In this document: positions 29,170-38,562 of the stretch, one piece after another
How the letters are laid out: each line of letters opens with the position of its first letter
Numbering within the stretch: position 1 is the stretch's first letter
Assembly: GCA_964463705.1 (NCBI GenBank)
Contig: CAYXCH010000011.1
Span: forward strand, 3,473 to 67,472
Source: an uncultured Pseudobdellovibrionaceae bacterium
Lineage (GTDB): Bacteria; Patescibacteriota; Minisyncoccia; Moranbacterales; GCA-2747515
Direction: 5' to 3'
DNA length: 64,000 nt
The notes under the pieces: generated by a model
The model's input: the letters and a program-made list of their open reading frames with translations, nothing else
Database searches by the model: none
Told to the model about the DNA's origin: nothing
Program-made: the position numbers and the translations under genes

Positions 29170-31230
29170 ATGACACTAACAGTTCAGACAGCGGATGCTC
29201 GTCGTCGCGCAAAGGTGCGAGCGGCATCGCAGCATATGGAAACAAAGGAGAAAACAAACTCTTCTCGCTCCTCATCTCGAACATCAACACGTCGCGGAGT
29301 ACGGCGTACCGCCACTACATCTCGTGTTAGCGCGACGGCGGCAAAGCAGTTGCGAGCGGCAGCGAAGCGCAATGTAACACGGGCGGCGCAAGTGACGCGT
29401 GGCGGAACGTCCGCTCATACTTCCCGATCCGATGCTCAATCACGGACGGTAAATTCACGGACGCAGAAAACCGCCTCTCGTACTACTCGTCGCGCACCGC
29501 GGGACATTACACATGTTCCGCAATCTCAGAAGCGCCCATCTGCTCGTGTTCCGCGAGTGGCAAACGATACGTTGCGTATCATTCCCATCGGTGGTAACGA
29601 GGAGGTGGGACGCAATATGGATATTGTAGAATATGGTGATGATATTGTGGTGATTGATATTGGAATGCAATTTCCGGAGGAGGATATGCCGGGAATTGAC
29701 TATATTGTTCCCAATGTCGATTATCTCAAAGACAAGGTGCAACATGTGCGAGCGGTTATCTTTACACACGGACACTTGGATCATATCGGCGCGGCGCCGA
29801 TTGTATTGGAGCAGTTGGGATACCCGCCGATTATTGCGCGGGATTTGACATTGGCGCTTATCAAAAAGAAGGTGGCGGACTATGATCCGGCGGCAGTCTC
29901 CCGTCTTAAAACGATTCCCGTTAAGGACATTGCGCGTCCGATTCGTCTCGGAAGCATGATTGCGCGATTCTTTGAGGTGGAGCATTCCATTATGGATTCC
30001 ATGGGAGTGGCGTTGGAAACACCGGCGGGGACAGTCATTCATATGGGAGATTGGATGGTTAATCATGATCCCGCCGAGGGTGGTGCGGTGACATACGAGC
30101 ATCTGCGCACCTTGCCATCGCCGCGAATTTTAATGTTGGAAAGCTTGGGATCAATCAAGAAGGAGACGCCATCGGAAAAAATTGTACAGGGTAATTTGGA
30201 GACCTTGATTGATAATGCCAAGGGGCGACTGATTATCGGGACGTTTGCATCACAGATCAAACGTATCAAATTGATTCTTCAGCATGCGCAGAAATTGGGC
30301 AAGAAAGTGGCGCTGGATGGATATAGTATGCGCACCAACATTGAAATTGCACAAGAACTGGGCTACCTAAACGTTCGTAAGGATTTGCTAATTCCCATAA
30401 CGGATGTGGATAAGTATCCGGATCATAAGGTGATTATTATTTGTACCGGCGCACAGGGAGAGAGCAATGCGGCATTAAATCGTATTGTGACGGATAATCA
30501 TCGCAGCATCAAATTGAAAAAGACCGACACGATTGTGTTTTCCTCTTCGGTAATTCCCGGAAACGAGCGAACCGTTCAACGGCTGAAAGACAATCTCTAC
30601 CGGAAGTGTGATAACGTGATTCATAGTGATATCATGGATATTCACATGGGAGGTCATGCCGCCGCCGGAGATATCCAAGACGTATTGGAGATGGTACAGC
30701 CGACATATTTTGTACCGATTTATGCCAATCACTTCTTTCTCGTGGAAGCAAAGAAGCGGGCGGTGGAGATCGGGTTTCCGGAGCAAAATGTATTTGTGCT
30801 GGACAACGGTCAGGTGCTGGATATTCCGCGTGAAGGAATGCCGCAGGTACGCAAAGAGCGAGCGGACGCCAGCTACGTGTTTATTGACGGGCTCGGTGTC
30901 GGCGATATCGGACACGTAGTATTGCGTGATCGCAAAGAGTTGGCTAATGACGGAATGTTTGTCATTACCGTTATTATTGACGGTAAAACGAAACGTGTAG
31001 TGGGGAACATGCAGGTAACATCACGAGGATTTATCTTTGTAAAGGATAACTTTGATCTGGTCAATGAAACAAAGCGACGGGTACGTGATATTATCAAGAA
31101 GAATACCAGTCGTGATATGAAGATGGATTATAAGGTGTTGGAAAATGAAATTCGCGACAAAGTGGGTGAATTTCTTTTCCAAAAAACACAGCGTCGTCCA
31201 ATGGTGTTGCCGGTTGTGGTGGAAGTGTAA
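29170..31230 (+). CDS. rnj: Ribonuclease J (beta-CASP metallo-beta-lactamase) with an Arg/Ser/Thr-rich N-terminal extension of about 130 aa
   Basis: The core contains LRIIPIGGNEEVGRNM, HGHLDHIGA and beta-CASP motifs. The N-terminal 130 aa are basic and low-complexity. An in-frame GTG at 29557 is an alternative start. Confidence 0.85.
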   Translation: MTLTVQTADARRRAKVRAASQHMETKEKTNSSRSSSRTSTRRGVRRTATTSRVSATAAKQLRAAAKRNVTRAAQVTRGGTSAHTSRSDAQSRTVNSRTQKTASRTTRRAPRDITHVPQSQKRPSARVPRVANDTLRIIPIGGNEEVGRNMDIVEYGDDIVVIDIGMQFPEEDMPGIDYIVPNVDYLKDKVQHVRAVIFTHGHLDHIGAAPIVLEQLGYPPIIARDLTLALIKKKVADYDPAAVSRLKTIPVKDIARPIRLGSMIARFFEVEHSIMDSMGVALETPAGTVIHMGDWMVNHDPAEGGAVTYEHLRTLPSPRILMLESLGSIKKETPSEKIVQGNLETLIDNAKGRLIIGTFASQIKRIKLILQHAQKLGKKVALDGYSMRTNIEIAQELGYLNVRKDLLIPITDVDKYPDHKVIIICTGAQGESNAALNRIVTDNHRSIKLKKTDTIVFSSSVIPGNERTVQRLKDNLYRKCDNVIHSDIMDIHMGGHAAAGDIQDVLEMVQPTYFVPIYANHFFLVEAKKRAVEIGFPEQNVFVLDNGQVLDIPREGMPQVRKERADASYVFIDGLGVGDIGHVVLRDRKELANDGMFVITVIIDGKTKRVVGNMQVTSRGFIFVKDNFDLVNETKRRVRDIIKKNTSRDMKMDYKVLENEIRDKVGEFLFQKTQRRPMVLPVVVEV

Positions 31231-31297
31231 GTGATACATTCGGCACCGCATTCCATCTTTATGGTATAATGGGCATATCCTCAAATGTCTAACCGAT

Positions 31298-32299
31298 ATG
31301 GATATGTCAATACGGGCGGATTCACAACGACTCTTTAGCGGAATCCAGCCGACGGGGACGATTCACTTGGGAAATTATCTGGGTGCGATTACACAGTGGG
31401 TGGCGTTGCAGGAGACGCATGATGCATTGTATTGTGTAGTAGACCTACATGCCATTACCGTTCCGCAAGATCCGGATGCGTTGCAACGGGCGATTTTGGA
31501 CACGGCAAAGTGGTATATCGCCGCCGGTGTAAATCCGGAGCAATCCACGATTTTTGTGCAATCGGATGTTTCCGCTCATGCAGAGCTTGGGTGGATACTC
31601 AATACGATAGCGCGGATGGGTGATATGGAGAAGATGACGCAATTCAAGGATAAAAGCGCCCGTGGCGGAGTGGAACGTAGCAGTGTGGGGCTGTTTGATT
31701 ATCCCGTACTGATGGCGGCGGACATCCTCTTATATGACACATACAGTGTACCGGTGGGAGAAGATCAGGTACAGCATGTGGAATTGACGCGCACCCTGGC
31801 ACGGCGATTTAATCGGCGGTTCGGAGAAATATTTACCATTCCGCGCGCTCGGCTTTCTCAACATGGGGTGCGTATTATGGGATTGGATAATCCGACGAAG
31901 AAAATGTCAAAAAGCGCTCAGAGTGCGTATAACTATATTTTATTGTCGGATGATGTAGATACCGTTGCCAAGAAAGTGCGCAAGGCGGTGACGGATAGCG
32001 GAAGCGAAATTGTGTATCGTGATGATAGGCCGGCAATAAAAAATCTTCTCAATATTTATCACCTTGTTAGCGGAATACCGATTGCAACGCTGGAAGAGCG
32101 CTATGCGGGGGCGGGATACGGAGCGTTTAAGGCGGATGTGGCGGCGGCGATTAGTGCACATCTTGCACCGATTCAGGAACGCTATGCGGCATTGACAGAT
32201 ACAACAGTTCGGGAAATATTGACTCGTGGCGCCGAGCGCGCCCGCACCATTGCCGACAAGAAACTCACTGTCGTTAAATCCGCGATGGGGTTGGGGTAA
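31298..32299 (+). CDS. trpS: Tryptophan--tRNA ligase
   Basis: The product has the class I motifs GIQPTGTIHLGNYLGA (HIGH-like) and KMSKS. The extended -10 element TGGTATAAT lies at about 31261-31270. Confidence 0.9.
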   Translation: MDMSIRADSQRLFSGIQPTGTIHLGNYLGAITQWVALQETHDALYCVVDLHAITVPQDPDALQRAILDTAKWYIAAGVNPEQSTIFVQSDVSAHAELGWILNTIARMGDMEKMTQFKDKSARGGVERSSVGLFDYPVLMAADILLYDTYSVPVGEDQVQHVELTRTLARRFNRRFGEIFTIPRARLSQHGVRIMGLDNPTKKMSKSAQSAYNYILLSDDVDTVAKKVRKAVTDSGSEIVYRDDRPAIKNLLNIYHLVSGIPIATLEERYAGAGYGAFKADVAAAISAHLAPIQERYAALTDTTVREILTRGAERARTIADKKLTVVKSAMGLG

Positions 32300-32308
32300 T
32301 TAAAAAAT

Positions 32309-33586
32309 ATGATTACATTTCAGAATCGTACAACATTTGATTATTCCGACATACTCTCTGATGTATATCGTGTAGCGCAGCAGATAGAGGATGAAAGCGG
32401 TATAGGAGGTGAATATCTGGGTTGGCGCACATATCCGCAGCGATATAGAAAGACAGATGAATATCGTAAAATCAATACAGTTGCACGGGAGATTAATCAG
32501 GCGGCGGATGCCTTTGTTGTTATCGGCGTCGGTGGCTCATATCTGGGTGCGCGGGCGGTTATTAGCGCATTAACTCATACATATGCCAATGAGTGTACGG
32601 ATATATTCACTCCCTCTATTTATTATGCGGGGAAAGATCTTAGTGCAGCGGCACTCTCAGATCTTTTAGATGTTTTACAGTCTAAAAAGAGCATTTATCT
32701 TAATGTAATTTCTAAATCCGGCACGACGCTGGAAACATCAATTGCTTTTCGCGTTCTGAGAGACTTCCTTGAGAAGCGGTATGCTGCAGATGATGTGCGT
32801 AAACGAATTATTGTAACAACTGACGGAGCAAGCGGTGCGCTTTATGATGAGGCAAGAAAAAACGGCTACCGTCGTTTTATCATTCCCGATAATATTGGCG
32901 GGAGGTATAGTGTGTTGACTGCTGTCGGTTTGCTTCCAATTGCCGTTGCCGGTATATCCATTGATGCACTCATAGATGGTGCATGTGCACAGCGTGAGGA
33001 ATGTATTAAAGACTTTACTGAAAATAATTGCTTGCAGTATGCCGCTGCGCGAACAATGGTGTATCGTAAGGGTGTGGCCGTGGATGTTTTTGCGATATAC
33101 GAGCCAAAGCTCAAGTATTTTGCTGAATGGTGGAAGCAGCTTTTTGGGGAATCAGAGGGCAAGGAGCATAAAGGATTATTTCCAACATCATTACTATGTA
33201 CTACGGATCTCCACTCTCTTGGACAGTATATGCAAGAGGGAGCGAGAATCATGTGTGAGACAGTTTTGGGAGTGGAAGGTGATAATTGTTCGCTACATAT
33301 ACCAAAAAGTGACAGTAATTCGGATGGTGTTGATGATTTGGTCAATCTCTCACTTGAAGAGATAAATAACAGCGCTCAGAGAGCGACGATTGCTGCCCAT
33401 CAGGAGGGTGGTGTCCCGGTTTTGCAATTATCAATGAATAGTCTCTCTGCATATAACATTGGGGCCGCAATATACTTTTTTGAATATGCTTGTGCGGTAA
33501 GTGCATATCTTTTGGGTGTTAATCCATTTGATCAGCCCGGTGTAGAGGTGTATAAGAAAAAAATGCGAACCCTATTATTTAATTGA
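32309..33586 (+). CDS. pgi: Glucose-6-phosphate isomerase (short bacterial/archaeal-type PGI) in lower-GC DNA
   Basis: The product has the PGI motifs VIGVGGSYLGARA and ISKSGTTLET. GC is about 40%, against about 52% in flanking genes. Confidence 0.8.
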   Translation: MITFQNRTTFDYSDILSDVYRVAQQIEDESGIGGEYLGWRTYPQRYRKTDEYRKINTVAREINQAADAFVVIGVGGSYLGARAVISALTHTYANECTDIFTPSIYYAGKDLSAAALSDLLDVLQSKKSIYLNVISKSGTTLETSIAFRVLRDFLEKRYAADDVRKRIIVTTDGASGALYDEARKNGYRRFIIPDNIGGRYSVLTAVGLLPIAVAGISIDALIDGACAQREECIKDFTENNCLQYAAARTMVYRKGVAVDVFAIYEPKLKYFAEWWKQLFGESEGKEHKGLFPTSLLCTTDLHSLGQYMQEGARIMCETVLGVEGDNCSLHIPKSDSNSDGVDDLVNLSLEEINNSAQRATIAAHQEGGVPVLQLSMNSLSAYNIGAAIYFFEYACAVSAYLLGVNPFDQPGVEVYKKKMRTLLFN

Positions 33587-33636
33587 TTATTATGCTATAA
33601 TGATAAAGAAGGTGTAATTCTTTAAGCAATGATTTT

Positions 33637-34338
33637 ATGTTTGAGTCTTATAACAACAATGATAACAACAATGATAACAACAATGAAAGTCATGAACATC
33701 TCCCGGTAGTTGAGGGGCAGTATGTCGTGTCTATCGGCGATCTTCCTCCGGAGGTGCGAGAGGCGGTGGAGTCTGTTGGTGACGCGTTGATCGGTGCGCT
33801 TGAACGTGTTCGAGAAGGGAATGGAACAGTTAACGATATACCGGAGATTATAAAGGAAGAGATTGCGAAAATAAATGACGTGCAGACTGAGGAAGATCCA
33901 TATGGTAATCCGATTGTGAAAGTTGGGGGCGATCGTGTTTCAACACATATAGTCTTTGTCACACGTGATGGAAAGGCACTCTTTGTTAAGCGATCTGATA
34001 TTACAGGAGCGCGTGTTGATAACTTGGCAGATATTGATACAATTGGTGCGGTATCTGCCAATTGTAGTTCATTACCTCTAAAAACCCCTGATGCAGTCAG
34101 AAAATCAACCATTTCAGATGTTTCTGCAATGGATCAAGTAGCTGTTGAAGAGATTAGTGGTGATAGTAATAACAACAGAGCATATATGTACGGTGCTATT
34201 GTTCTTGTTAATGCAGACCCGCGTGGTGTTGTTAATGATGATCCTGTAGTCCTTATTGATCCGAACAATTTTCCCGATTCTAATGTTAAGATGACATCAA
34301 AGGCGGCAGCAGCTCTTCAATCTCTTCGACATGAATAG
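33637..34338 (+). CDS. Hypothetical protein with an N-terminal Asn/Asp-rich tandem repeat
   Basis: The ORF starts MFESYNNNDNNNDNNNESHE... and is encoded by tandem AACAATGATAACAAC units (about 33655-33690). I recognise no family. The region is very AT-rich. Confidence 0.4.
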   Translation: MFESYNNNDNNNDNNNESHEHLPVVEGQYVVSIGDLPPEVREAVESVGDALIGALERVREGNGTVNDIPEIIKEEIAKINDVQTEEDPYGNPIVKVGGDRVSTHIVFVTRDGKALFVKRSDITGARVDNLADIDTIGAVSANCSSLPLKTPDAVRKSTISDVSAMDQVAVEEISGDSNNNRAYMYGAIVLVNADPRGVVNDDPVVLIDPNNFPDSNVKMTSKAAAALQSLRHE

Positions 34339-34357
34339 AACTGTTGTATAAATTTAA

Positions 34358-34394
34358 TAAAAACCGTGGTGTTCACCACGGTTTTTATTTTTTC
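34358..34394. terminator. Bidirectional intrinsic terminator between convergent genes
   Basis: AAAACCGTGGTG-ttc-CACCACGGTTTTT is a perfect 10-bp stem flanked by an A-run and a T-run. The minus-strand gene's stop lies in the T-run. Confidence 0.75.
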
Positions 34395-35113
34395 AAATAT
34401 TGAGAAATCGTTGGGTGAAGACCGTAATCCTGAAAAGAAATATATCCTTGCTGCCCGGAAAAGAACCCGGTAATATTGCCGTTATTGTATGTGCATACAA
34501 CAATTCCGCTATGCGCTCCGAGGTACCATTCTTCATGAGATATTACAGAGAAATCTCGTAATGAAGAAATATCCCATAGAAATACTTTCTCGTAAGACCC
34601 AACTTGGTCATTGAAGACATTGCCGATAGTTGTAATCGTACCGATTTCCCGAACTCTCTTGACGGAAAATCCCAGCGCACTGATGGGATTTACCTTTTCC
34701 TGTGTATTTGGTGGAACATAGCGTACTGACTGATCTAAGCTGAAGATAAAGATTTCTTCAAGAAGTTCACGCTCTGCCGTGCGTGATAAATCGCTATATT
34801 CTACATACTCAGCGATACCGGCAGCGGCGGGCTTAAACCAATGATCGCGCTCATCAGGAACGACAAGCGTTCCATGACAAGTATTTATCAACACAGATGA
34901 TCCGCCATAATAAAGTCGACTTTCTTGTGTGATGTTTTTGAATTCAAATGCTCGAATGTCCTTGGCACGGATGGCTATATCTCTAACGTGATGTGCCACA
35001 TCATTATCTGCACGAAAAAACAACGGAGCAACGCTATCGTCCTGCATATTGGGTTGACAAGAGAATTGTGCAATGAACTCCTGGGATTTGCTTGGAAGCT
35101 CTGTTGACAGCAT
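34385..35113 (-). CDS. Hypothetical protein with a degenerate Nudix-box-like motif
   Basis: The 242-aa product contains GIAEYVEYSDLSRTAERELLEEIFIF, which approximates G-x5-E-x7-REUxEExGU with altered spacing. The assignment is weak. Confidence 0.3.
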   Translation of the reverse strand: MLSTELPSKSQEFIAQFSCQPNMQDDSVAPLFFRADNDVAHHVRDIAIRAKDIRAFEFKNITQESRLYYGGSSVLINTCHGTLVVPDERDHWFKPAAAGIAEYVEYSDLSRTAERELLEEIFIFSLDQSVRYVPPNTQEKVNPISALGFSVKRVREIGTITTIGNVFNDQVGSYEKVFLWDISSLRDFSVISHEEWYLGAHSGIVVCTYNNGNITGFFSGQQGYISFQDYGLHPTISQYLKK

Positions 35114-35274
35114 AATAGTTTTTCAACATTTATATTATCACACTAACAGTATATCCGCTTTTTTACAATAAAAAGAAGTTGTCAATTGTATTATCATACA
35201 CTATCATACTAATGATTGACCTTATTCTATGATGAGGTATGATGGGAAGTAAGTATAATTTCTGAAATATAAAT

Positions 35275-36060
35275 ATGATTACACGTGAACGTCTTACAAT
35301 TACACTGCGTAAAGATTTATTGCGCTGTATTGATGATAATATTGATGGGAAGACTATTCGTAATCGTTCCCATGCTATTGAAAAAGTTCTTATTGAAAAA
35401 TTTGGTGATGCTTTTCTTAAGACGGCAATTATTCTTGGCGGGGGAAAGGGAATTACCATTGATGGAGTGCCGACATCTCCTCTTTGCGTCAACGTTGATG
35501 GCATTCCTCTGGTAGAACGACATATCTCTCTTTTAAAGGATGTTGGTGTTACAACCGTTATCCTTGCCGTGGGAGACTTTGGCGGTCCGGTCCGAAAAAT
35601 TGTTGGAGATGGATCACGTTATAATATTCGCGTTGTCTATGTAGAACATGATCACGGAACAGCCGGTGTTTTACGGCAGATGCGAAGCCTGCTATCAGAG
35701 CCATTTATTATGTTTAATGGACATATTGTGGTGCAGGATGTTGATTTATTGGATATGTTGGCACTTCACCGCACCACGCATGCCTTGGGAACTATAGCGG
35801 TTACGACAATTTCAGATCCGGAGTCTTATGGCATTGTTCGTCTGCGGGGAGTGAGGATTGTGGAGTTCTTAAGTGGTGATAGATCTTCCACCTCTTCACA
35901 CCTTATCAATGCCGGGATGTATATTCTAGACCCATCAGTGTGTACAATGGTTCGCCCGGGCGAAGAATCCTTGGAACATGATATTTTTCCACAGATTATC
36001 GCACAGCGGAAACTGTATGGATATATGTTGGATGTTCCGTGGAAACGAATAAAAGCATAA
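35275..36060 (+). CDS. Ribbon-helix-helix (CopG/Arc-like) domain fused to a sugar-phosphate nucleotidyltransferase domain
   Basis: The N-terminus RLTITLRKDLLRCIDDNIDGKTIRNRSHAIEKVLIEKF follows the RHH pattern. The rest (AIILGGGKG...VGDFGGPVRKIVGDGSRYNIRVVYVEHDHGTAGVLRQM) resembles the NTP_transferase core. The canonical GxGTRL motif is degenerate. Confidence 0.5.
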   Translation: MITRERLTITLRKDLLRCIDDNIDGKTIRNRSHAIEKVLIEKFGDAFLKTAIILGGGKGITIDGVPTSPLCVNVDGIPLVERHISLLKDVGVTTVILAVGDFGGPVRKIVGDGSRYNIRVVYVEHDHGTAGVLRQMRSLLSEPFIMFNGHIVVQDVDLLDMLALHRTTHALGTIAVTTISDPESYGIVRLRGVRIVEFLSGDRSSTSSHLINAGMYILDPSVCTMVRPGEESLEHDIFPQIIAQRKLYGYMLDVPWKRIKA

Positions 36061-36073
36061 TAAACTATTTTAT

Positions 36074-37168
36074 ATGAAAGCTGTAATTATGGCCGGTGGA
36101 CGCGGGACGCGATTGTGGCCATTGAGTAGACAAAGGAAACCAAAACAGTTTCAGTGTTTGGCGTCAGACAAGACGATGCTTCAAGACACGGTTGATCGTT
36201 TAAGTGGACTGTTTTCCAAAGAAGATATCTATATCTCAACAAACAACGAGTATGTAGATGAGGTAAGGAAAGAGCTTCCGGAAATTTCTGAAAGACAAAT
36301 TATCTCCGAGCCGGAGTCGCGCGGTACAGCAAGTAGCGTTGCTCTCGCTCTTGCAACAATTTCCGTGCATGATCCACGATCTGTTGTTGCATTTTTTCCT
36401 TCTGATCACATTGTTAAAAAACCCGACGTTCTATTGCGTGCAATTAGTGTGGCGGAAGAGTATATCCGGGAGCATCCGCAAGCAATTATAACATTTGGAA
36501 TTGTGCCGGAATATCCGGAAACAGGGTATGGATATATTCATCGGATTGATCCAACACTAGAAGATGCTCGCCACGATGCTAAGAAGGGGATTTATGCGGT
36601 ATCACGTTTTGTGGAAAAGCCGGATGCGGAAACAGCACGGCAATATATTGCGGACGGGCACTATTTTTGGAATACCGCGATGTATCTGTTTCGTGCGGAT
36701 ATGATGGCAGAGAAGTTTAATCGTTTTCTTCCGGATACATTCAAGCGCATGTTGCGTCTGCGAGATGCGCTTGAATCTGATGATAAAGAGTTTCCCAATG
36801 TGCTGCTAAAAGAATATCCGCAAATGGATAAGATAAACTTTGAGTACGCCATCGTAGAAAATGATACTCCTAATGTGGCGGTTATGCCGCTTGACATTGG
36901 ATGGAGCGATGTTGGGTCATGGGCATCGCTAAAGGATACGGTAATGGGGAAGACAGTCAAACATTTTGTTAAAGGGGAACATGTTGATTTTGAAAGTGAG
37001 AATTTGCTGGTCTACGGATCGGATAAGCTTATTGTGACTGTGGGGCTAAAGGATTTGGTTATTGTAGATACAGAAGATGCAATATTAATCTGTGATCGCA
37101 ATAAATCTCAATCGGTTTCCAATGTTGTTGCGACACTGGAAAAAACCAATCGTAAGAATAAAGTATAA
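36074..37168 (+). CDS. manC: Mannose-1-phosphate guanylyltransferase-like sugar nucleotidyltransferase
   Basis: MKAVIMAGGRGTRLWPLSRQRKPKQF is the canonical GXGTRL pyrophosphorylase signature. The size and C-terminal region fit the ManC/GMP family. Confidence 0.75.
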   Translation: MKAVIMAGGRGTRLWPLSRQRKPKQFQCLASDKTMLQDTVDRLSGLFSKEDIYISTNNEYVDEVRKELPEISERQIISEPESRGTASSVALALATISVHDPRSVVAFFPSDHIVKKPDVLLRAISVAEEYIREHPQAIITFGIVPEYPETGYGYIHRIDPTLEDARHDAKKGIYAVSRFVEKPDAETARQYIADGHYFWNTAMYLFRADMMAEKFNRFLPDTFKRMLRLRDALESDDKEFPNVLLKEYPQMDKINFEYAIVENDTPNVAVMPLDIGWSDVGSWASLKDTVMGKTVKHFVKGEHVDFESENLLVYGSDKLIVTVGLKDLVIVDTEDAILICDRNKSQSVSNVVATLEKTNRKNKV

Positions 37169-37172
37169 TCAT

Positions 37173-38507
37173 ATGGAGCGTAATGTGGAGTATCTTGACG
37201 GATCGTTGGAATCATTTGTTGATCGCATTTGTGCAGATCAGCGCCCGGTACATATTGTCGTTGTTGGTACGAAGCCGGATTTGATTAAGCAGGCGCCAAT
37301 TTTGCGCGAACTTCTTTCTCGCGGAGAGAAGGCTGTTCTTTTACATACCGGACAGCACTATGATGAAAATTTATCCGGTGGAATTCAACGAGAGTTCGGT
37401 CTAACGGTTGATGTCAATCTTGGAGTCTCCGGTGGAACTCTTTCGGACAATATTGCCAAAATTGTTTCTCGGAGTGGAAAGATTTTTTCTGCTATTCGTT
37501 CCAAGGATCCAATGATAAAAATTTTGCCATATACACATGGTGATACAACAACATGTTTTGCGGTAACAACGGCGGCGTTTGCACACGGAATTGCCGTTGC
37601 GCACGTTGAAGCGGGAATTCGCACTCTTATGCTTAAAAAGTCGGCGGTACATAATCTTGAAAAGGGAGAAAGGATTACGGATTTTTTGTCATGGTTTAAT
37701 CTATCTTCAAATCCGGAACAGTATACGTATGGGTCACATGAACCCTATCCCGAGCAATGGAACACTCGAGCAACAGACGCCGGCTCAGGTTTATTTTTTG
37801 CGCCGGTGAAAATGGTGGAAGAAAGCTTAATTCGTGAAGGGTATCCGACATCTCGCATTCATACAGTTGGCAATACGGTGGTCGATGCGGCAGACTTTGC
37901 GGGGGAAATTACATCTGATATTTTTGATCGCTATCCGCAACTTGCGGATGGGTTTGTCCGCGTATGTGTGCATCGTCGGGAGAATACAGAGTCACGTCAG
38001 CGATTTACGGCACTATTTGAGCTGGTGGAAATTCTTGCGGAGGAATCTCCAAAGCCGATACTATGGATCCTTTTGCCCGGTACAAAGAGTGCGATTCAGC
38101 GTCATGGACTAACGGAGCGATTAACGGCGTTAAAATCTAACGAAAATGTTATCGTTTCTGATGTATGGCCAAAATATTCTGATGTTATTGCCGCAATGAA
38201 GCGTTGCACACTTTGCGCAACGGATTCCGGATCTATGCAAGAGGAGATGAATCTTTTAAAGATACCGACCGCAACATTACGCTATGGTTCTGATCGTCCG
38301 GAAACATTCTTTGCTCGATCAAATGTGGTGTGTCCACCGATTAGTGGACGAGTTTGTGCCGATATTTGTCTTGGTGCGTTAAGAAACGCAGAAGTATTTA
38401 AATTTCCACAACTCTACGGGGAAAATGTTGCAAAAAAGATCGCTGACATATCCATTCGTTCCCTGGAAGAGTCAGAAACACTTGTGCGATTATTGCCTGC
38501 GGAATAG
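37173..38507 (+). CDS. UDP-N-acetylglucosamine 2-epimerase (non-hydrolysing)-like protein
   Basis: HIVVVGTKPDLIKQAPILREL...LLHTGQHYDENLS matches the Epimerase_2 N-terminal signature. The start at 37173 avoids overlap with manC, whereas the track starts at 37092. Confidence 0.65.
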   Translation: MERNVEYLDGSLESFVDRICADQRPVHIVVVGTKPDLIKQAPILRELLSRGEKAVLLHTGQHYDENLSGGIQREFGLTVDVNLGVSGGTLSDNIAKIVSRSGKIFSAIRSKDPMIKILPYTHGDTTTCFAVTTAAFAHGIAVAHVEAGIRTLMLKKSAVHNLEKGERITDFLSWFNLSSNPEQYTYGSHEPYPEQWNTRATDAGSGLFFAPVKMVEESLIREGYPTSRIHTVGNTVVDAADFAGEITSDIFDRYPQLADGFVRVCVHRRENTESRQRFTALFELVEILAEESPKPILWILLPGTKSAIQRHGLTERLTALKSNENVIVSDVWPKYSDVIAAMKRCTLCATDSGSMQEEMNLLKIPTATLRYGSDRPETFFARSNVVCPPISGRVCADICLGALRNAEVFKFPQLYGENVAKKIADISIRSLEESETLVRLLPAE

Positions 38508-38516
38508 AGCTTCATC

Positions 38517-38558
38517 AAAGCGCCATCATCGTATTTTAATATGATGATGGCGCTTTTT
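38517..38558. terminator. Bidirectional intrinsic terminator
   Basis: AAAGCGCCATCATC-gtattttaatat-GATGATGGCGCTTTTT has an 11-bp stem and lies between convergent genes. Confidence 0.75.
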
Positions 38559-38562
38559 GTAT

